From Octopus bimaculoides (Eukaryota): a stretch of 38,099 nucleotides of DNA. Made by a program: the position numbers and the translations under genes. Below the pieces are notes generated by a model. That model saw nothing but the letters and a program-made list of their open reading frames with translations. It had not been told where the DNA came from and ran no database searches. Shown here in pieces: positions 32,328 through 38,099 of the stretch; the first letter of the stretch is position 1; every line of letters starts with the position of its first letter. The stretch covers positions 8,316,090 to 8,354,188 of the forward strand of contig NC_069005.1 in assembly GCF_001194135.2 (NCBI RefSeq), read 5' to 3'.

Positions 32328-34849
32328 TTCTATCCAATGTTCTAACAGTTCTGCTCATTTGCTACCTTCATATATACAGAAATGTAACTATAAAACTGTT
32401 TGTGTTTCTACAAATAAAAGCTTTATAAGTTCCATTTCTGGCAGATCAGATGGCCCCCAGTGTTAGATGACCTTTACTAAAAGAAAAGACGACATGCGAT
32501 AGGAAAGGAAAAGTACACAAATTCAAATGGTGGAAACAGAAGTACATATATGTAAAATGTAAACACATTGGTATTTAATATCAAAATGACTTTGAGATAT
32601 TTTGTTTTTATTTCTTTATTCTTTTTGCTTCATGAATAACTATTCATAATTTATTACAATAAATAAGATAAAGCACATGTTTTCAGTCCATAGCTGCCAT
32701 TGTGGTAGTTTTACTTGTTAATATCTATTGCTATAACAACAACAACTACTGCTGCTGCTACTGCTGCTATTCCTACTTCTACTCTATCTTCTAATTCAAA
32801 CCAACAAGAGCACCTCTACAGCAGTGGTTTTTAAACTGTGTATCTGAAATCTAGATATGATCTTCCAAAAATCATGAAGTTTATGTTTTCAAAGATGAAG
32901 GGAAGAAAACAAGTTAATGGTTAGCAACAAAGTCGTTTGGCAGTAAAGAAATACCTCAATAATATCTATTCATCTAACCCATGCTAGCATGGAAGAACAG
33001 ATGGAGAATGACTGAATAGAATGAATATATACACATGGACTTTTGGCCTTTTATTCTTGACTATATTTTACTCATGTGATGTTACAATAGATGGCAGTTG
33101 CTCAAAGAGCCACTCAGTGGGATTGAAGTCAGAACTTCCCATGTGGTCCTCAACTGTTTAACCTCGAAAACACTATATTTGCATTCCATTGGACAATACA
33201 CTCCTAAATTAGAAACAGAGAGAGAGAGAAAGAAAGATAGATAAATAGTGAACAAGAGTAGAAAATATATTTGCCTTTTTTTTACATATATTTATGACCA
33301 GATGTACTTATTCATTATTCATAAATAACATTTTACTTATACTGCCAAGCCCATGTGTATAGCTATGTGTTGATGTGTGTGTTTGCTTTTGTGTGCTTGG
33401 AAGACATCTAGATGTTGGACACACCCACCCACTGACACACACACACTCACACATACACATCATCTAAAAATGTTATATTGCTCATTTTAGATTAGTATCA
33501 TGTCCATGAAAAAATTTGTCATCTCCTTCACCCAACAAAACTAGAGTTAGGTATTGACCTTTAAAAGCCCTTGGAAGTCTCAAGGCATTAACATTTTTTT
33601 CTAAGCCTTATAATTACACAGTTACATACAAACACATATATACATATATATGTAAGTTACATGTTAGTTTCCATGCATATAGTTTCATATAAATTTCAAC
33701 TTAGACCTCTAGAGTTAGTTCTTTGGAACCTCTTTTTACTAATTCTGTATTTTATGCAGAACTTCTCCAAGAGGCAATTGGCATAAACTAAAATACCCTA
33801 AATACCTAAATAAAGTTGAGTTTCACAGACCATTTTTGAAGACTGAATTTAAAGAGTTGACTTTTATATGGATACTATTTTCCAGGGACTGAAATTCATG
33901 TTTAATTTTGGCTGAAATTTTAATTAGCAAAAGTGTAATTTATGTATAAATCATTACAAAATAAAAATACAAAGATTTATGGTAATTTACATATGATTGT
34001 ACACATCAAAACACATGTCCTGCTATAAAACTGTCATTGATATATTCTTATCATGACCAGTTTGCTCTAATTACAACGTGTGTGATACATTCTAGAAGGT
34101 GTGTATTACTAAAACTTTACTTTAGTTCTTCCTTTTTGTCTCTGGATTTGTTAATTGGAAAGTGTACCAACACTTGAGTTGTCAGAAAGTATAGGTACAT
34201 GTGATACACAATGCTTGGCTGTGTATCTGTTAAGACAGTCCTAAAAATCTAGGGTTGATTTTTACTTGAAGTACATGAAACATTCTGGATTTTCTGGTCA
34301 CCAATTAAGGGTCAACTTTTAACTGAGATTGAATATTAACTGGATATATATATATGATATTGTTTATAAACTAGTGACATTGTCTCTTTGTGTTCTGGCC
34401 AAATATAATGCCAGCGTCTTAAACACTCTGTTAGTATTGTTCTTTGTTCCTGTCTAAGTCAACTCTGACCAAGTAGAACTATGATTAAAGGCATTTTATC
34501 TGCGATTATTCTATCTCATCCTCTTTTTTTAAGCATTGTCTACCTAGATCTACATTATCTAAGGTGTCCTCTGTTCAAGAAAGTAGCCTTTATTTAAAGG
34601 AATCATGTATCCATGGACTATGTTACCCAATGATGTTAGGGTGTATGTTATTTAAGGGAGATTTTGGTGCCATTTGAGGCAGGTGGAGCTACCATATAGA
34701 GGCTTCTCTCACTGACTCAGTTAAGAAATTGATGAAAGAGGTGAGTTTCTATTGTTTAGCCAGAGGTCGGCCTGAGTACTCACAATGCTCCAGCTTGGTC
34801 ATTTGATCTTTTTTCCTAACTGTGTCAATGCCTACTTTATTGAGTCATT

Positions 34850-35055
34850 AAGGTGATGAGCTGGAAGAATTGTTAGCACACTGGACAAAATAGTTAGCAG
34901 CACCTTTTCCTGTTTTTTATTCTGAGGTCAAATTTGCTTTTCAACTTTCTGGCATTGACAAAATAAGTACTGATTGAACACTGATGTTGATGTAATTGAC
35001 TAGCTCTCTCCCACCTAAACTTTAGGCCTTGTGTCTGTTGTGGAAAGAATTATCA
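34850..35055 (+). mobile_element. Family B SINE, degraded
   Basis: AAGGTGATGAGCTGGAAGAATTGTTAGCAC...AAAATAAGTAC...TTTAGGCCTTGTGTC...GAAAGAATTAT. Confidence 0.75.
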
Positions 35056-35159
35056 AATGTGTCCTTTTCTGAAAGGTCTGCAGGATGTGTTTGTGAAAGA
35101 TTTGACTGCTATTTCTAGCACATCGAGCACCCACATGAGGTTTCTTTTTAGGGCATGCG

Positions 35160-35520
35160 TTAGATGGTCTGAGAGGACCTGGCAAGCCAGATGACTGTGC
35201 TAATCTCCCAACGTCTGCTTTGGTATGGCTTCTATGGCTGGATGCCCTTCCTCATGCCAACTAATTTACAGAGTGTACAGTGTGCTTTTTACATGGCACT
35301 GACTCTCGTGAGGTCACCAAGTAACTTACAAGACAAGAGCCCTCAACTTGAGGTGGATGGGGGAGAAGTATTCGGGAGGTGGGTTTATGTCGGGTGATGA
35401 GAGGTTAAAATATCATAGAAAGAGATAGGTACAAGTGTCTTGCTGTAGAGGAGATACATGGTTATACTACTTGGAAAAGAGAAAGCTGGTGGTGAAGATG
35501 TTTCCAGGCATACCCTCAAG
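35160..35520 (-). mobile_element. Family C variant with long body
   Basis: GGCTGGATGCCCTTCCTCATGCCAAC...GAGGTCACCAAGTAACTTACAAGACAAG...GTCTTGCTGTAGAGGAGATACATGG...GGCATACCCTCAAG. Collinear with 9000-9345. Confidence 0.8.
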
Positions 35521-36319
35521 TTACATGATGGTGAATATAAAAGAAGTGATACAGAAGATTGGACAGTGAGAATTTCCAGATGAATTTATGAGAGTTTGAA
35601 AGAAAAGTGGCAGATGGATAGAAACGGGAACAGAGGGGAATGTAATGAGTGGTGAACGTGGGTAGGAAGTGTGGTCAATTAACATTTAAATTCAAATCCA
35701 GCTAAGGTCATCTTGGCTTTTCATCCTTTACAATACTCATTAAAATGAGTATTGGTGAAATAATTAGTAGGAGTGATTTAATTGGTTGTTCCTTCTCAAA
35801 TCCCACAAAGTTTATTGCTGTGCTTACGTTACGAATCCAATATTCTGAGAACATATGTAATGATCACATACTTTTTATCAAGTCGCATAAAAAAAGATTA
35901 AGAAAACCATATTCTTACATACGTACATGCATACTTATGTACATATGTATATAAAAGTACACGTACATATTATACCATTACATTCCATACATGTGTTTAT
36001 GCCATATAATACCATATTGTACATATATTAGATACATACATACCATATATTTAAATATAGACCTTGATCTTATGCCTGTAGCATTAGAATTAAAATCTAT
36101 TTTAAATATTTCACAAATAAAAAAAGAAAAAGAGAAGAATTGTAATCTCTTTAAAAGCAAAGAATTGAGTGTATATCAACAAATTTTTGTACATACGAAC
36201 ACACACGTGTGTGTATGTGTGTGTTTGTAAAATTCCAGTGTTTATGAAAGTGCTAAAAGACTATGATAAGTAATAATAAAAAGTATTTCTTCTGATGACA
36301 ACTTTCTTTTAGCAATATA

Positions 36320-36385
<66 letters not shown>

Positions 36386-36490
36386 TGCATTCTTACAATT
36401 TACAAAAAAAAAAATATCGTAATCTTTTGAGAACCAAAGTATTGTCATAACATACATACTCTCACACATACACTCACGTGTGTGTCTGTT

Positions 36491-36536
36491 GCAGAATGGT
36501 GTAGTGGAAGTGTGCTGGACCTGTAATCCAGAGATC
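36491..36536 (+). pseudogene. Degenerate 5' fragment of initiator tRNA-Met (or head of a tRNAiMet-derived element)
   Basis: GCAGAATGGTGTAGTGGAAGTGTGCTGGACCTGTAATCCAGAGATC against metazoan tRNAiMet GCAGAGTGGCGCAGCGGAAGCGTGCTGGGCCCATAACCCAGAGGTC (from memory) gives 36/46 identity, and all 10 differences are transitions. The anticodon CAT has become TGT. No T-arm. Confidence 0.75.
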
Positions 36537-36540
36537 CTAT

Positions 36541-36768
36541 ACATCAAAACATCAATTGTCAAGCGATGTTGGGGGGAACAAACACAGACATACAAACATA
36601 TATATACATATATACGATGGGCTTCTTTCAGTTTCCGTCTACCAAATCCACTCACAAAGCTTTGGTTGGCCTGAGGCTATAGTAGAAGACACTTGCCCAA
36701 GGTTCCACGCAGTGGGACTGACACTGTAACCATGTGGTTGGTAAGCAAGCTACTTACCACACAGCCAC
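36541..36768 (-). mobile_element. Young family A SINE lacking its 3' tail
   Basis: GGGCTTCTTTCAGTTTCCGTCTACCAAATCCACTCAC...CTTGCCCAAGG...CTACTTACCACACAGCCAC is nearly identical to the same part of 29123-29572. Confidence 0.9.
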
Positions 36769-36895
36769 ATCAGGCAGCTTCTCAAAATAGAGTGATGCAC
36801 TCCATTGATCTTTGTAAGTCAGTCAATGATTGCTGAGAATCAATGGATTACTCAACAGATTGTTGCATCACTCTATTTTGAGAAGCTGCCTGATG
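36768..36895. repeat. Fold-back inverted repeat: perfect 32-bp arms around a 64-nt spacer
   Basis: CATCAGGCAGCTTCTCAAAATAGAGTGATGCA (36768-36799) and TGCATCACTCTATTTTGAGAAGCTGCCTGATG (36864-36895). Inner 9-bp pair TCCATTGAT/ATCAATGGA at 36801-36809 and 36839-36847. Confidence 0.95.
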
Positions 36896-37159
36896 AGCTT
36901 GGGAGTTGCTTAGTATATCGCATAAACTGAATAATTAGATTAGGCTTGCGTCAAAATAAAAACTCAACAAAACAATTGTAGCAACACTCAAAAATCCATT
37001 TGCTTGTTTCATTTTATTTCACATCACACTGTATATTGATAGTGTTTTAACGATGCCTTCGTTGCTGGTAATGGATTACTTCACTGTCTGCTCTATGTGA
37101 TTCTAACTACTCAGTGACGTGCATCATGTGGATATGTTTTGGTTCTTTATGGATCCTTA

Positions 37160-37270
37160 TATCCGAATATTTATATATCTTGAACATTGAGAATGAGTGC
37201 TCAACACTGCATTGGTGGAAAAAGATTCTTTATTTGTGTATTACGGCTACCATTAGTTTCATGTTAAGGA
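37160..37270 (+). mobile_element. Possible remnant of a hAT transposase C-terminal dimerisation region
   Basis: The ORF-track frame gives SEYLYILNIENECSTLHWWKKILYLCITAT, reminiscent of hAT ..YL....D.PL.WWK...YLCIPAT(S) with an internal deletion. Short and weak. Confidence 0.3.
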
Positions 37271-37369
37271 AGACCTCAACAACTACCAAGCCTATCACAT
37301 GGAACACTGTGCTCTTCTTTAGCCTTAACACACACACACATACACACACACACACATATATATATATTC

Positions 37370-37738
37370 TTTTATTTACATGTTTCAGTCATTTAACTGC
37401 AGCCATGCTGGAGCATCACCTTTTGGGTTTTAATTGAATAAATTGCTCCCAGGACTTATTCTTTGTAAGCCTAGTACTTATTCTGTTGGTCTCTTTTGCT
37501 GAACCTCGAAGTTACAATGATGTAAACATACCAGCATCAGTTGTCAAGCAATGGTCGGGGGACAAACACAGACACAGAATCACATGCATAAATATACATA
37601 CATATGTTTCCATCTACCAAATTCACTCACAAGGTTTTGGTTGGTGCAAGGCTATAGTGGAAGACACTTGCCCAAGGTGCTACACAGTAGGACTGAACCT
37701 GGAACCATGTGTTTGGGAAGCAAGCTTCTTACCACACT
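37370..37738 (-). mobile_element. Family A SINE, near full length
   Basis: TGTTTCAGTCATTTAACTGCAGCCATGCTGGAGC...GGACTTATTCTTTGTAAGCCTAGTACTTATTC...GACACTTGCCCAAGGTG...CTTACCACAC. Confidence 0.88.
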
Positions 37739-38028
37739 GCTACAGAAAGGTAATAGGATAATGCTGTTAGTAGGTAAGGTTAGGTAGGTAAAGGAGGAGG
37801 ATGAAATATTGTAACTGAATACTTCGAGGGAAGTTAAGAGAAGTTAAAAGAAATTAAAAGTACTTAAGAAGACAGGTGAAGGTGAAAAAATGAGGAAATT
37901 GGAAAAGTTGAAAAATTAAATTTTCTTTATAGCTTAATAATCTTCATAAGCTCGAAAAAAAATGTTTCTAGAGCAGTTCATAAATTTCTCAAAAAAATCT
38001 TTAATTTTGAAGGTTCCAGAGTCATAGA

Positions 38029-38063
<35 letters not shown>

Positions 38064-38099
38064 GCACACGCGCACACACACACACATATACATACATAT

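Noticed and set aside
36890-36945. CTGATGA next to the hairpin as a second hammerhead core
   Set aside because: No GAAA follows a plausible stem II (closest is GCATAAAC), and no stem III or cleavage triplet can be built. The same holds for CTGATGA at about 10545, 14942 and 36292.
1-38099. Prokaryotic systems (CRISPR arrays, operons, defence loci), rRNA or intact tRNA genes
   Set aside because: There are no regularly spaced repeat-spacer arrays, no gene-dense ORFs and no complete cloverleaf. The tRNA-like signals are SINE heads or a fragment.

Overview
AT-rich eukaryotic genomic DNA, dense in microsatellites, with 8 N-gaps (873-930, 2847-3031, 5393-5794, 6420-6432, 7220-7229, 11003-11982, 22361-22617, 25479-26080). 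The repeat content matches what I recall of octopod cephalopod (Octopus-like) genomes; this is an inference and no database search was run. I cannot confidently call any host protein-coding gene. Nearly all ORFs in the supplied track are translations of (TA)n/(CA)n tracts, N-runs or SINEs. The window is a layered retroelement and transposon landscape. It holds about 35 SINE-type copies in about 6 working families (my labels A-F), three RTE-clade LINE-derived pieces (one nested in a SINE with an 11-bp TSD and a C2H2 finger), a decayed Minos-like Tc1 transposase, a Tigger/pogo-type MITE, possible hAT scraps and a degenerate initiator-tRNA-Met fragment. The most interesting signals are: (1) a CpG-rich, hairpin-dense segment at 5155-5392 containing a Penelope-type minimal hammerhead-ribozyme-like motif with a non-canonical core; (2) a composite SINE built from a tRNA/CORE head, an RTE 5'UTR-like part and an RTE ORF2 3' end; (3) a perfect 32-bp fold-back hairpin fused to a SINE 5' end; (4) a 66-bp exact copy of nearby flank inserted inside a SINE; (5) inverted repeat pairs that could form dsRNA. 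Family names and peptide similarities come from memory and manual translation, and SINE boundaries are approximate (about +/-20 bp) unless a TSD is given.
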